NCBI GenBank assembly: GCA_951406725.2
Contig: OX597821.1
Coordinates: 41,044,001 to 41,108,000, forward strand
Direction: 5' to 3'
Origin: Octopus vulgaris
Taxonomy: Eukaryota
DNA length: 64,000 nucleotides
Of this stretch, positions 50,645-63,494 are shown one piece after another. Position 1 is the stretch's first letter, and the number at the start of each line of letters is the position of its first letter. The translations under genes and the position numbers were made by a program. Under the pieces are notes generated by a model. The model was not told where the DNA came from, ran no database searches, and saw only the letters and a program-made list of their open reading frames with translations.

Positions 50645-53212
50645 TAGTTGTTATAGTTTATTCTGATCAATCATGGCCCGTTTTCTAGCAGAGATGATAA
50701 GCTTCCAGTGAACCGAGTTTAGGAGAAAGGTTCAATTTCCAGTCATATCTATTTTGCTCATTCTGTAAATAGTTCTAATTTTCAGTACAAATGTCAATTC
50801 TTGATGGATAGATATGATCATAAAAGGTGAAAAAGTTCATTTCATTCATCATTTTAGTGCAAAGGATAAATGTATAGTTATCATTATATACTGTGTAATT
50901 AATCTTCATTCAAAACCTATAAAAATCCCTTTACCAATTAGGTTCCGTCAATAATGCTTGTGTAGTTGTTTTATTTATGGCAATTTTACCTCAACCTTAA
51001 TTTATCAAAATTGTGTAGTGTCAACTAATAGTGTTATACATTTCGAATATGTCAAAGCTCAGCTTTCAGAAAGATATTAGATGACATTATTTGATAAAAT
51101 TTGACAGTATTCTGCTTCTATTATCAAGTCAAGTCTTGTTTATATAGCTCTGCAGTAAATAAGAAAGAACAATTTATAGCATGTTAGTGAAATAGACTTC
51201 AACTGCAACCAATATCTACGTTAATAGTTATTCTTTTGCTTCAAACTGTCTAACAAAATTCGAAATTATTCCATTTTATGTGAAATTTTATAATGCCAAC
51301 TTAATAAAACTGCTAATTAAGACAACATCATTGCAGCTTGGTTTGGGTGTCAGTTGAAGCCAATTCTAGACTCCACAACACAATTACCAGTTTCCTTTCT
51401 GTGAAATATATTCATTAAAGTTAAGAATAGATATAAATACAGCAATATTTCCAAGAAACGAAAGAGAAGAACATAACTGTTCTCAGCACTTCTGTGCACT
51501 TTATTTATTGCAACCAGAAATGGACTTAGAAAAGAGAAACCTGTAAAATGTGTTCTTCAATGAATGGTGTTGTATTTTGGAAGCTGAACACTTTCCAAAT
51601 GATATTTTTGTTGCTGTTGTTTTATTATGTGCCTGTTTGCTATTTTTGTGTTATTCTCCCTACCTGATTCGATCAATATGTTTATAACTTGGGGGTTAAT
51701 AGACTTTAAAAGGTTTCTACTCTAAGACTCATCTATTTTCCACTCACCTTTCTCATTCCTTCTCTAACATAATTTTTTCATTATATACTTTTTTACCTTT
51801 CAGACTGTAAATATAATATTTTACTTTATTATTTTTGTTGGTTAAAAATAAATAATCTAAGATTATCTCCTTTCCTTTGTGAAAATCCCTTGTTGCCCTT
51901 TATTGCACCAAACAGCACAAACTCGTTGAATGTGAACCCTTACAGGGAATCAAGTTAGGTTTTTAAACAATAAAGAAATATTCCTCTTATCTTTCCTTAT
52001 CTTCTTTTTTATCTGATTTGTTTTAGCTTTTAGCTTTTTTGTTTAAACTCAGCATTTTGACATCTGAAACCTTTGTTAGAGCTTCAAATTCTTAGGTCTG
52101 CAAGATGTATTCTGAGACTGATTTCACTTCTAATTCCTTGGTGTAGACACTTTCCCAAATAATTCTTCATTGTTGGTTTGTTCTAGAGGAAGGGTCTGTG
52201 CTAATGTCTTCACAGACTCTCCAAGACCAACATGGCAAACACTTGTCTTTGAACAATTGCAAGTGAATAGAGATAGGAAAAACATAAGCAGAGACAAATT
52301 TCCAGTCAACTACATTCTGGAGGACTGGACAAAGTGATCAGTGTAGAATTCGGTTGCATACACAATAAGGAGGATAAGAGGAGGAGAGATAAGTGAGTCG
52401 TAAAGGCTTGTATGGAGGTGGCATTAAACTAGGCGAACTGGCCATTGTTTTAGTTGTATAAAAGGCAATAATATTTTTCTACTATGAGCAAACAGGAGGA
52501 TAATGATGATGAAGTTGATTAAATGAAGAAGTGATCTAATTGATTAAGCTGGTTACAATAAATGCAGATGATAATTTACAAAATCAATACTGAGTAACAG
52601 CTATAAGCACTTAGTAGAGCAAGCTGCAGCTATTTAATCTCAAGAAATGACAATACAATTCCTGCCAAAACACAGTGTGTAACTATGGCACAGAGCACAG
52701 ACTGTAAAGTATCACAACACTTAAGAGTATTACAAATACATTTTTCTGAAACCCTTGATTATTTTCCATCTTTTATTTGAAAAGGGGAAATCTTTCCCAA
52801 AATATTATAAGATTATTTTTAAAAAAATAAATAAGGAAATACAATATCTTTTCTCTGGTTTATTATCATTGACATCACCTTACATATTTTGCTTAACACC
52901 TCACCTACGTTGCTCAAACGTGTGTGTATGTGTGAATATATCTATATTGTGTTTGTATGTCTATATAGCATTTCCCAGTCATTTTCTCTTCATATTTTTC
53001 ACATATTTTCATATTCTTTTATTTTGATCCTCTTTCTGACCATCCCCACTGACATGTTACCTCTTCCTTCTTCCCACTATCTCTTTCTCTCTCTCACTAA
53101 AACTATTTTATATTTCCTTTTACTATAATTGATGTTTCTTTCCTCTGCAAGGAAAGATCCTACAAAAAATATCACAGATGTCTCTGCTTCGTGACATAAG
53201 ATTTGTCCCAAG

Positions 53213-53303
<91 letters not shown>

Positions 53304-53443
53304 CATTTATGTTACTATTTATGTTACAAGCTAGCAGAATCATTAAAGTGTCTGAAAAACATATTTCACAGTACTTTTACCAGTTCTTTATTTTCAGAGT
53401 TCAAATCCAGCCAAAGAAGCTTTGCCATTTATTCCTCATGGGA

Positions 53444-53850
53444 TCATCATCATCATCATCATCATAAACATCATCGTTTAACGTATGCTTTCCATGCTGG
53501 CATGGGTTGGACGGCTTGACTGAGGACTGGTGAGCTAGATGGCTGCACCAGGCCCCAATCTGATCTGGCAGAATTTCTACAGCTTGATGCCCTTCCTAAT
53601 GCCAACCACTCCGAGAGTGTAGTGGTTGCTTTTACATGCCACCAGCATGAGGGCCAGTCAGGTGGTATTGGCAATGGCCACACTCAAATGCTATTTTTTA
53701 TGTGCCACCTGCACAGGAGCCAGTCCAGTGGCACTGGCAATGACCTCACTCGAATGTTGTTTTTCACGTGCCACTGGCACAAGTGCCAGTAAGGTGACAC
53801 TGGTAATCATCATGCTTGAATGGTGCTTTTTATGTACCACCGGCATGGGA
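53444..53850 (-). mobile_element. RTE 3'UTR fragment inserted into a degenerate Nin-like SINE
   Basis: The SINE (about 53325-53443) resumes at about 53851-53940; CATGGGAT is present at both junctions. Confidence 0.7.
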
Positions 53851-55053
53851 TAAAATAAATACTAGTCAAGTACTAGGGTCAATAGTATTGACTACTGCCC
53901 CTCCCTTTAAAATTACTGATCTTGTGTCGAAATAAGATATAACTATTAAGAGACAGCTGAGCTGGTACAGTCGTTTGAGAGGTGGAAAAATGTTTGGCAT
54001 TTTTACTGTCTCTTTGTGTTCTTAGTTCAAATCCAGCAAAATTCATCTCTGCTTTTTATCTTTCTGAGAGAGATAAAATAAAGCACAATCAAGTACTGGG
54101 ATGATGGTGTTGACTAGATCCCTCCCCTCAAACCTTACTAGGCTTGTACCTAAACTATACACCATACAGTTTCTGCCAATTCTAATTTTTAACTACTAGA
54201 GCTTCTTTCTCTTCCTTTACTCAACCATCCCATTTATATTCTGATCCCCGTCTCTTGTGAGTATGCCTGGTATTTTGCCACCATTTCTCTCCTGCTGTCT
54301 CCCACTCTCTCTCTTCTTCTCCTGCACTTCCCTCAGGTTGGGTAACCATGTATTTCTTTTGCGGTAGCCCACCTGTTTCTGTCTTCATTCCTGATCTCTC
54401 TCTCTCTTTCTCTCTGGCTGGGTAACCTTGTACTTCCTCTACAGATAGACACCTGTTTCTGTCTCTTTGTCTCACTATAACCTTTCATCATCAAACACAA
54501 GATCACCTCCTTGTGTCGGATTTCTTTTCTTTTTGTCTTGCAAGTACTTGGTGACCCCATAAGTGCAGGTGCCACTTCAAAGCACTCAGTCCACACTGTA
54601 AAGTGGTTCGTGTTCAGAAGAGCATCCAGCTGTAAAAACTTTGGCAAAACTGATCTCACCTGCGCTTGTGCCATATAAAAATCATTAAGTCCACTCTGCT
54701 GAGTGGTTGGTGTTAGGAAGGGTATCTAGCTGTAAAAATCCTGCTAAAACAGTCACAGAAGTCTGGCACAGGATTCTAACTGGCTGGCTCTTGTGAAACT
54801 AACCCACCCATGCATGGAAGGTGGACATTAAAAAGATGATGATGATGATGAGAGCTTCCTGTCACCTCAATACCTCATTATATTGTCATTCTTTAATGAC
54901 AACATTATAATTCCACTGTAACTGTTATGCTGCATCTATCATAATGCAGCTATTGTTATGTTATTTCAGTGTGCAGCAAACATAATTTATATCTATTCCT
55001 GATTAAAAAGTCATCACAGAGCAAGCAATTTGATGCCCTCTGTCATGAAAGAC

Positions 55054-55255
55054 TAGACCACTTAATCCGTTTAATACCAGGCTACTTAATATATTTAATA
55101 CAAAACTTAATCTATGTAAAACTAGACTAGTTAATCTATTTAGTAGCAGACCACTTAATTTATCTAATACTAGTTAATCTGTTTCTACTTGGTCTATTTA
55201 ATACCAGATTAATTTATTTGTTTAAAAATCTCTTTAATACCACACCTTAATCTAT
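55054..55255. repeat. Degenerate minisatellite, about 22-24 bp
   Basis: Units like AGACCACTTAATCTATTTAATACC, about 8 copies. Confidence 0.7.
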
Positions 55256-55514
55256 GAAATGACACTGAACAAAGAATTGATCCAGAGATTTATGTAAAGA
55301 AACATTATTCAACAATCTTCATATACATACATATTTGTATATGCGTGCATATATATGTATATGCATATATATATATATATATATATATATCTTTGTATGT
55401 ATGTATGCATGCATGCATGCACGTATGTATGTATGTATGTATGTATGTATGTATGTATGTATGTATGTATGTATGTATATATATATATATATAGAGAGAG
55501 AGAGGGAGAGATAA

Positions 55515-55553
<39 letters not shown>

Positions 55554-56855
55554 TACACATACACATATGATGGGGCTGTTTTAGCTGCTGTATACCAAAT
55601 CCACTCACAAGGTTTTGTCCTCCTAGGACTACAGTAGAAGATGGTGCAGAGAGGAACTGAATCCCACACTTCAAAGCCATGCCTGCAAGTATAGCACTAA
55701 ATGCCAACATTTTCTCTCTTTATTTAAAATGGAAGGTGTATGATGTGAGAGGATTTCAGCTGCTATTTCTAGCTGTTCAAGTGACCATGCCTGAATATTA
55801 GAGCATAGCAAGGAGATGGTTTAAAATGGATGTAGTTGATGGGAAATAATATTTGAAATTGAATAGCTTTAGACTAACTGAAACTAGCAAAATTGACGAT
55901 GCACCTGATATACCCAATGGCACTTGTAACAATTTGTATTCCACCGAAACATTACATTGAGTGCCACAAGATGTACTCCATATTTCTGATACATCTTCAC
56001 ACTTCAGTAAAAAGAGAGACATTAAAATATAAAATGAAAAGCTGAAGAATAAATAATCAATGTTGCAGACTAGGTTAGCCACAATAAACACAATATAACA
56101 TTAAAAATAAACAAAAACAACAAAAGCCAAATATTGGTTATTTTCATGAAATACTGGTACTGTTGATACCACTGCTCACTCATTTACTATAATCAAAATG
56201 AATAGAATAGATAGGATAACACGTCGTCTTTACAAGGTATACAAATTGACATAAAAATTAAGTGGAATCAATAAGGTAATCTAGTCAACCGAAAATATCA
56301 AAAAAAAAAAGAAAAAGAAAGAAAGAAAGAGAGAAAAGAAAAGAAACACCAACAACAACAATGAAAATACAAACTATCTTTGTTATGAAAATATATAAAA
56401 AGCTCCTTTGTTTAAAAGCATTGATAGTTCTAATACTTCGTTATAAAGCTACATCTAAATTATGGAAGAGATCAACTAATGGGAGACTGTAAGTAAATCT
56501 TTTGTCACACACAAAAAAAAAAAAAAAATTTGCAGAAAATAGAAAATGTCAGTAGCAGAGATGGTTTATATTAAGAAAGAAGAGAAAACCTTAAATATAA
56601 AAAAAAAGGTTAAGAAGTCTTACATTCTGAATTGTTCTTTAGAAATTCTTGCTAAAATTCATGAGTAATAAACGACTAAAACTGATTAACCCTATCAGAC
56701 ATGGGTACAAGAGGTAAGAAATGTCTGTGCTCAGTGCCAATCCAAGAACACATTGAAAAAATAAAAGCACATACAAAAACAACTAAACAGAAACACCTAA
56801 AAATGAAGGCTATTATTTGGAACTGGCAATCGATCTAATACCAATATTTCATCAT

Positions 56856-57234
56856 GAGATGCAATGGCACAGTGGTTAGGGTAGCGAACTTGCAGTTGTA
56901 CAATTGTGGTTTCAATTCCCAGACAGGGCGTTGGGAGTGTTTATTGAGCAAAAACACCTAAAGCTCCACGAAGCTCCAGCAGGGGACAGTGGCGGACCCT
57001 GCTGTACTCTTTCATTCAACTTTCTCTCATTCTTTCTTCCTGTTTCTGTTGTACTTGTATTTCAAAGGGCCGGCCTTGTCACACTCTGTGTCATGCTGAA
57101 TCTCCCCAAGAGCTACGTTAAGGGTACACGTGTCTGTGGAGTGCTCAGCCACTTGCACATTAATTTCATGAGCAGGCTGTTCCATTGACCAGATCAACTG
57201 GAACCCTCGTCATCGTAACCGACGGAGCACCATG
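56856..57234 (+). mobile_element. tRNA-derived SINE, second copy of the 23537 family
   Basis: Co-linear homology with 23537-23926; imperfect TSD AATA(TT/CT)(T/C)CATCA. Confidence 0.88.
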
Positions 57235-57426
57235 AATACTCCATCACCACTGCCACCGGCTGATCGAGAACCCACATCTCTATGTTTGGGACATATCATT
57301 ATCACTTTCCAGTCGAAATAATTCATCTTCAACTGACATCTGGATACATTTAATTAAAGTCCTTTTGATCTTTCTCAGAATCTTCTAAAATTTACAGACG
57401 TCATAAGTTGTAAACAATCAATACCT

Positions 57427-57657
57427 ATTTCTTTACTGCCCACAAGGGGCTACACACAGAGAGGCCAAACAAGGACAGACACACAGATTGAGTCGATTAT
57501 ATCGACCCCAGTGCACAACTGGTACTTATTTAATCGACCCCAAAAGGATGAAAGGCGAAGTCGACCTCGGCGGAATCTGAACTCAGAACGTAGCGGCAGA
57601 CGAAATACCGCTAAGCATTTCGCCTGGCATGCTAATGTTTCTGCCAGCTTGACGCCT
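57427..57657 (-). mobile_element. Nin/Deu-like SINE, full length
   Basis: 23-bp TSD TAAGTTGTAA(A/G)CAATCAATACCT at 57404-57426 and 57658-57680. Confidence 0.92.
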
Positions 57658-58139
57658 TAAGTTGTAAGCAATCAATACCTTTGCTCTTTTCCACTGTGAA
57701 GTGTTTGGCTATGATGATGTGGTGAGCTTAATCCTTGACAGCTTCGAAAACGAGCACTCAAAACAATATTTGAAATAATGTTGTGTTGAGGAGACATTTG
57801 TAAATGACCTAATTTTGCAATGATGACCTACTTTCTGATTAGTACAGTTGTTTTTAGTTTGACTGGATTTTAACATAATGTTTGCCAATTCTTGCTATAT
57901 TGAGAATTCAAGTGAGAATCAAGTGTGAAATTCCTAGTAAATTGGGAATTCAGCCAAGTAGGTGAAACAAATTGTAGACCATTCCAAGACAAGAGTTACC
58001 AGATATATAAAGAACGTCTCCATGCATCTATTATATAACAATATATTTTGTAAAGTAGTTCAAAAACACACTAGAATTATATTTCGTTTTTGGATTTGGT
58101 TTGCAAGATTCTTAATATGAGTTCATTTGTTGAAGCATA

Positions 58140-58332
58140 TTCTGTTGTGTCTGGAGAGAGTATTTTCTTTTTGTGCCTTATAATATAACACACTCACCGT
58201 TAAAATTTCCACTGTTTTCTTATTTTTTCTTATTTTTCTTATAAAAATAAGAAGAAAAATGGAAATTTTACCAGTGAGTGTGTTATATTATAAGGCACAA
58301 AAAGAAAATGACTCTCCCCAGACACAACAGAA
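58140..58332. repeat. Near-perfect inverted repeat (arms of about 72 bp)
   Basis: 58140-58211 is the reverse complement of 58260-58332 with a few mismatches. Confidence 0.9.
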
Positions 58333-58357
58333 CAATAGAATCATTAAAATATAAAAA

Positions 58358-58731
58358 AACAAGAGCATTCAGAGAGAGAAAACCTCTGCCAAGGCAACAC
58401 CAACATCCTCTCAACGATTAGCCAGAGATGATTTTTGAAATGGGAATATCTAAAATATACTCAACTGCTCTCACAAACAAGAATAATAAAAATGAACCTG
58501 ACCACTCTCAAAACTTAAGTAAAAAAACAGGAAAAATAATCCAGAATCTTTGTCTGGTACCAGATTGATCCCAAAATCTAATCAGGTCATACCAGTTACA
58601 AGGCCAAACATCACTGAAAGTTTCATCCGTATCCAACCAGCAGTTCTTGAGATATCTTGTCCACAGTCAAACAAGCAAACAAACACAACTAAATACATTA
58701 CCTCAGCTTTCGCTAAGGTGGAGGTAATTAA
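58358..58731 (+). mobile_element. Helentron-associated (HINE/DINE-like) non-autonomous element
   Basis: 5' subterminal ACCTCTGCC, internal (AAAC)n, and a 3' hairpin ATTACCTC...GAGGTAAT whose GGTGGAGGT arm is complementary to the 5' motif. Confidence 0.6.
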
Positions 58732-58732
58732 C

Positions 58733-59320
58733 AGTTGTGGGTGTGTGATTGACAAACTTGCTTCTCAACCATTTAGCCTTGAGTTCAGTCCCATTGCTCA
58801 GCATCTCAGCCAAAGGCCTTCTACTTTGGCCACAGGCTGACCAAAGCCTTGTGAGTACATTTGGTAGACAGAAACTGAAAGACATCAGTTGTGTGTGTGT
58901 GTGTGTGTGTAGTGTGTGTAGTGTGTGTGAGTGTAGTATGCATATGTAGTGTGTGTGTGTGTAGTGCATATATGTAGTGTATGTGAGTGTGTAGTGTGTG
59001 TGTGTATAGTGTGTGTGTGTGTATAGTGTGTGTGTGTATGTAGCATGTGTATGTGTGGTGTGTGTATGTGTGCTTGTGTGTGTGTGTGTGTCCTTGTCTT
59101 GACATCATGTGGTGATGGTAGTGACCATCACTGACATATGAGCGATTTTTTCATTTCCAGTCTTCCATAGAAAATTTGTTTGACCATAGCAAATATCATC
59201 TTGCTTGAGGGTTAGTGACAGGAAGAGCATCCAGCCATAAAAAAAGCTGCCTCAGGAAATTCTGTGTGAGCCATGCAGGCATGGAAAAGTGGATGATAAA
59301 TAATGATGATGATGATGATG
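58733..59320 (+). mobile_element. CORE-like SINE head joined to the RTE-type (GAT)n-tailed 3' end
   Basis: tRNA/CORE head, (TG)n, then GACAGGAAGAGCATCCAGCC...GCATGGAAAAGTGGA...(GAT)n. Confidence 0.65.
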
Positions 59321-59595
59321 GTGGTGATGAGGATGAGGATGATATATGAGTTAAGCCAAATGTTATAAATTTTCATTGAGGAACAAAGCCTGTAATTTTA
59401 TTGTGAGGAGAGAAGCTGATTAAATTGACAGGAAAACTTAACTGTTATTTCACTTAATCATGAGTGGCTAAGTTGACCTCGGCAAAATTTGGAATCAAAG
59501 TAGGAAAAACTGGAAGAAATACCAATTCGGTATTTTGGCTGACATACATAGCTTTACCATTTCACTGACCAGACCAAATTTAACAGATATTATAA

Positions 59596-59986
59596 TCTCT
59601 ATATATAAAGCTGAAGTTGTCTGTGTATGGCAGGTTTGGTAGCCTTCAACTAACACTATCTCCTCCTAGACCCTGAGATGCAAGTTGACCAAAATTGAGA
59701 GTATCATAGAAGAAGGCTTGTTCTTCCTTCCGTAGAAGAAAAAATTCAAATTGGACCATGTTAACACCAAAAATTATTTACATCAAAAAGGTGCTTTTTT
59801 TCTATGAAAATCCCTATTTTTTTATAATTTTTTGACTGCTGTGTCACCATCTTTCGGTGTATTTCAACCATAAAAATGTTCACTTAAAGAGTATAACAAG
59901 CTACATAATGCAAAATTTTTACTTTGCGAAAATTCCAATTCTAAAGGGTCGAAACAAACCCGAGCAACGCCGGGTGATACTGCTAG
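59596..59986 (+). mobile_element. Non-autonomous Helitron
   Basis: A|TC 5' end, subterminal hairpin ACCCGAGCAACGCCGGGT (59958-59975), CTAG|T 3' end and no TSD. Confidence 0.85.
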
Positions 59987-60503
59987 TAATAGATAAAAGG
60001 CTTAATGAAAACATTATTTTTCAGTTTTAGAACTGTGTCCATATTGCAAATATAAAACGGTCAAAAGATCCAGAATATTAGATCAATAAGTTTATCAGAT
60101 CAAATCACAAGTAAATAATTATAGATTAAAGGATATCATTTTTATTATTAATTTACTCATGGTTTTGTGTATAGTCAGACATTGCTATTTTCTGAATTTT
60201 ATGGATTGTATGTCATATTTGTTCAGCATCGAGTTATCAGCACTCATTTCTCACTCCTACCCCATAGAAAACTAGTGATTGGCTCACTGGAAACATGTTA
60301 AAGAACAAAGCTATTGCTTACAAATTATGATCTGCCATGTAAAGGGTGCCCAGTAAACTCTGTGAAGTGGTCAGTGCTTTGAAGGGCATCCAGTCATAGA
60401 AACCAGGCCAAAGGAGACATTGCAGCTTGGTGCAATCTTCTGGCTCACCGGCTCTTGTTAGACTGTTCAACCCATGACAGCATGGAAATGGACGTTAAAC
60501 AAG

Positions 60504-60713
60504 GATGATGAGAATGGTGGTGATGGTGATGATGATGATGATGATGACGATGACGACGATGACGACGATGATGACGATGATGACGATGATGACGATGATG
60601 ATGACGATGATGATGACGACGACGATGATGACAATGATGATGATGATGACAATGATGACGATGATGATGATGACGACAATGACGACGATGAAGACAATGA
60701 TGACGATGATGAC

Positions 60714-60784
<71 letters not shown>
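60504..60784. repeat. (GAT/GAC)n array, the expanded tail of an RTE-type 3' end
   Basis: Directly follows GCATGGAAATGGACGTTAAAC. Confidence 0.9.
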
Positions 60785-60785
<1 letters not shown>

Positions 60786-61171
60786 TAACAAAGAAAGCAG
60801 AGAGATCATTGCCACTCCAGTGCAAGTGTTATGATAAAATGCACCCAGGGCTGTCTGTGAAGTGTTTGTTGTTTTGGAAGGGTCATCCAGCTGTAGAAAC
60901 CATACCAAAATTGGAATGTCTTGAGTGGGACATTGTCTGTCAACTCCACGAGGATTGTAGCTCAGAAATATTGCAGATCATATCTATCCACCCAACCCAT
61001 GCTAGCATGGAAGGAAGACGTAAAAATGATGATGATGAAATATACAGAATAACCATCACGATAATGGTTTCTTTTCTTCAGTTTTTTTAATTAAATATAC
61101 TAATAAATACAATATGTATAATTTAATTTTTATTCAAGACCCAATTATTCTGCATTGTGCCAAAACAAAAC

Positions 61172-61209
<38 letters not shown>

Positions 61210-61213
61210 CTAA

Positions 61214-61247
<34 letters not shown>

Positions 61248-61261
61248 GTATATATATATAT

Positions 61262-61296
<35 letters not shown>

Positions 61297-61375
61297 CACA
61301 CACACATATATATATATATACACACATATATATACATATATTTGTATGCATGTATGTATGTGTGTGTGTGTGTGA

Positions 61376-61408
<33 letters not shown>

Positions 61409-61422
61409 TCTGCACACCTGCA

Positions 61423-61462
<40 letters not shown>

Positions 61463-62139
61463 TGTTTCTCTGTCTGACTTTTTGTCCTTCCCTACTTCTT
61501 TCTCTCCCTCTTTATCAAATAGAGGAAAATAAAAAATAAAAATACTGAATTCTAATTTAAACTCAGTACACTTGGGCACACAGCCCAACTGTCTGCTGTC
61601 TTTATCATCTTCACTTCTTTTTTTCTCTTAATAATACTCTTACCTCATAACCCTCTGATACTCATCATATTTACATTTCTGTTAAGCTAAAAATTTATAG
61701 AATCAGTGAAGAAATAAAGGAATTTTTTTTCTTCTAACTACTTAATATCAGGTATGCAAATTTTGAGTTTATGATCCTTATCTATATGGACATCACTTAA
61801 GGATGCACCAAATATATCCTTAAGAAACTTCATGTCTGTCCACAATTTACATTAAAATGGGTGAATTAACATTCATAAATTGGAGACTCTTTTCTGTTAT
61901 ATATAATGTCTTAAGGGACTTTGACTTTCTATTGGAAAAATAAAAAGAATTATTCCAGTTTGCAGGCAAAAAGGAAATGTTTTGGTGTGTCTGGAGAGAA
62001 GCGATATCATATATATAGAGACACTTTTCAAAATGATAGCTATCTTTCTTTCTATATATAGAAGGTCGCAGAACATAGACTTTTAAGTTTGATTTCTGTT
62101 GAGTTATCTTCACATTACTTTTTTGTGTAATATTTCGCT

Positions 62140-62830
62140 CATGGATATATTATGACTGATTCTTTCATTTGGAATTCAGTATTTTGGTATGAATAAAAAA
62201 AGCTTTGACAGATTTATAAGGAAAAAAATATTCAAAAGAACAATATGTGCATTTGAAACAGCCTTGGATTAAAATACTAGTATGCATAACATTAATAATG
62301 TATATACAAATGTGGAGTAATACTAGCTGTGATATTGTGTCTCAGTGAAACTTCTTAAAGAGACCTGTGCCTTAAAAACATAGGGATTTGCTTACAACTC
62401 TGGTAGATCACCAGATATACTGCTTCAATTTGATTTGGTTTTCTCATTGGGAAACACACTGAATATTCTGAGCTATGCCAAAAAAGGCTTGTTTTGATAA
62501 AGAATTTTCTGAATTCTAAGAGAGGCTAGAATGAAATATAAACAAGCAATTGAAAAGGCCTTAAATTTTAATACCAGACTGCATTACACTAGACTTATGT
62601 GCTAAAAACAAAAGGTTTTGCTCATAACACCTAAGGATCACCAGACACTGGTGTTTCAAACTGATTTGGTTTCCTCAGTGGCAAATACCTGAGACATTTT
62701 GAGTTAAGACAAAATAATGCATGTTCTGATAAAGATATTGGTAAACAAACGTTTATTGATTTGTGTGAAGGCTTGCCAGGCTAGAATTAAATTGATATAA
62801 GCACTTGAAACAGCCTTAACTTGATAGAGT
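62140..62830 (-). repeat. Degenerate tandem repeat (units of about 230-300 bp) carrying hammerhead motifs
   Basis: GATCACCAGA at 62406 and 62636; TTGAAA(C/A)(A/G)GCCTT at about 62253, 62550 and 62805. Confidence 0.7.
62640..62682 (-). ncRNA. Type I hammerhead ribozyme motif
   Basis: Minus strand: GCCA-CUGAGGA-AAC-CAAAUCA-GUU-U-GAA-ACAC-CA-GUGU-C-UGGU. All three stems pair. Confidence 0.7.
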
Positions 62831-63433
62831 AGTGTGTATATGTGTATACAAATATGTTTGGGAAACAAACTTCTTAACCACACAGCCATGCCTGTACTTA
62901 TACATGGTTGTTGTGTTAATGTATCTTGTGTTGCTGGTTTCTCTCTTGAATACTCGTTTTTCTTGAACAACTCTGGTCGTCTCAACTGCAGCAAATTAAT
63001 GGGACAATGGCAATTGATTGAGTCATTTATTCAGTAATTCTATCTGCAGTTCTTATATCTTTGTCTTGGAGACTTTCATAGTCCCCTCATTGCATAGACA
63101 GTGGGCGAGCAAGCCAAAGGAAATTTGATAGCTACTATGTGCATGTTGTGCAGATGTATGGAAATTTACTTTGCTAATGTGTATTATGTGCCAATGTTTT
63201 TATATAGATCTTTGCGTAGCCATTGTAGTAGGTCAGCTCTGCTTGAGTAGATCAATAACACAGACACTGATAAATAAATATTTAAAAGATCTCTTATTAG
63301 TTTTGGTAGAACTTCAGTGTTTTATCAACAATTTAAAGCTGATATCATCCCATTTTTATTGTTGCCAATAAAATATGCGAGTCTTCTGTTTATGATAAGA
63401 AAGAATTATCTAAACCAGTCAGTAACTAGCAGA

Positions 63434-63494
<61 letters not shown>

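Noticed and set aside
55054-55255. CRISPR-like periodicity (also at 5780-5910)
   Set aside because: Head-to-tail degenerate units without unique spacers, in a eukaryotic context with no cas genes.
60445-60908. Poly-Asp, poly-His and poly-Ser ORFs
   Set aside because: Expanded (GAT)n retroelement tail.
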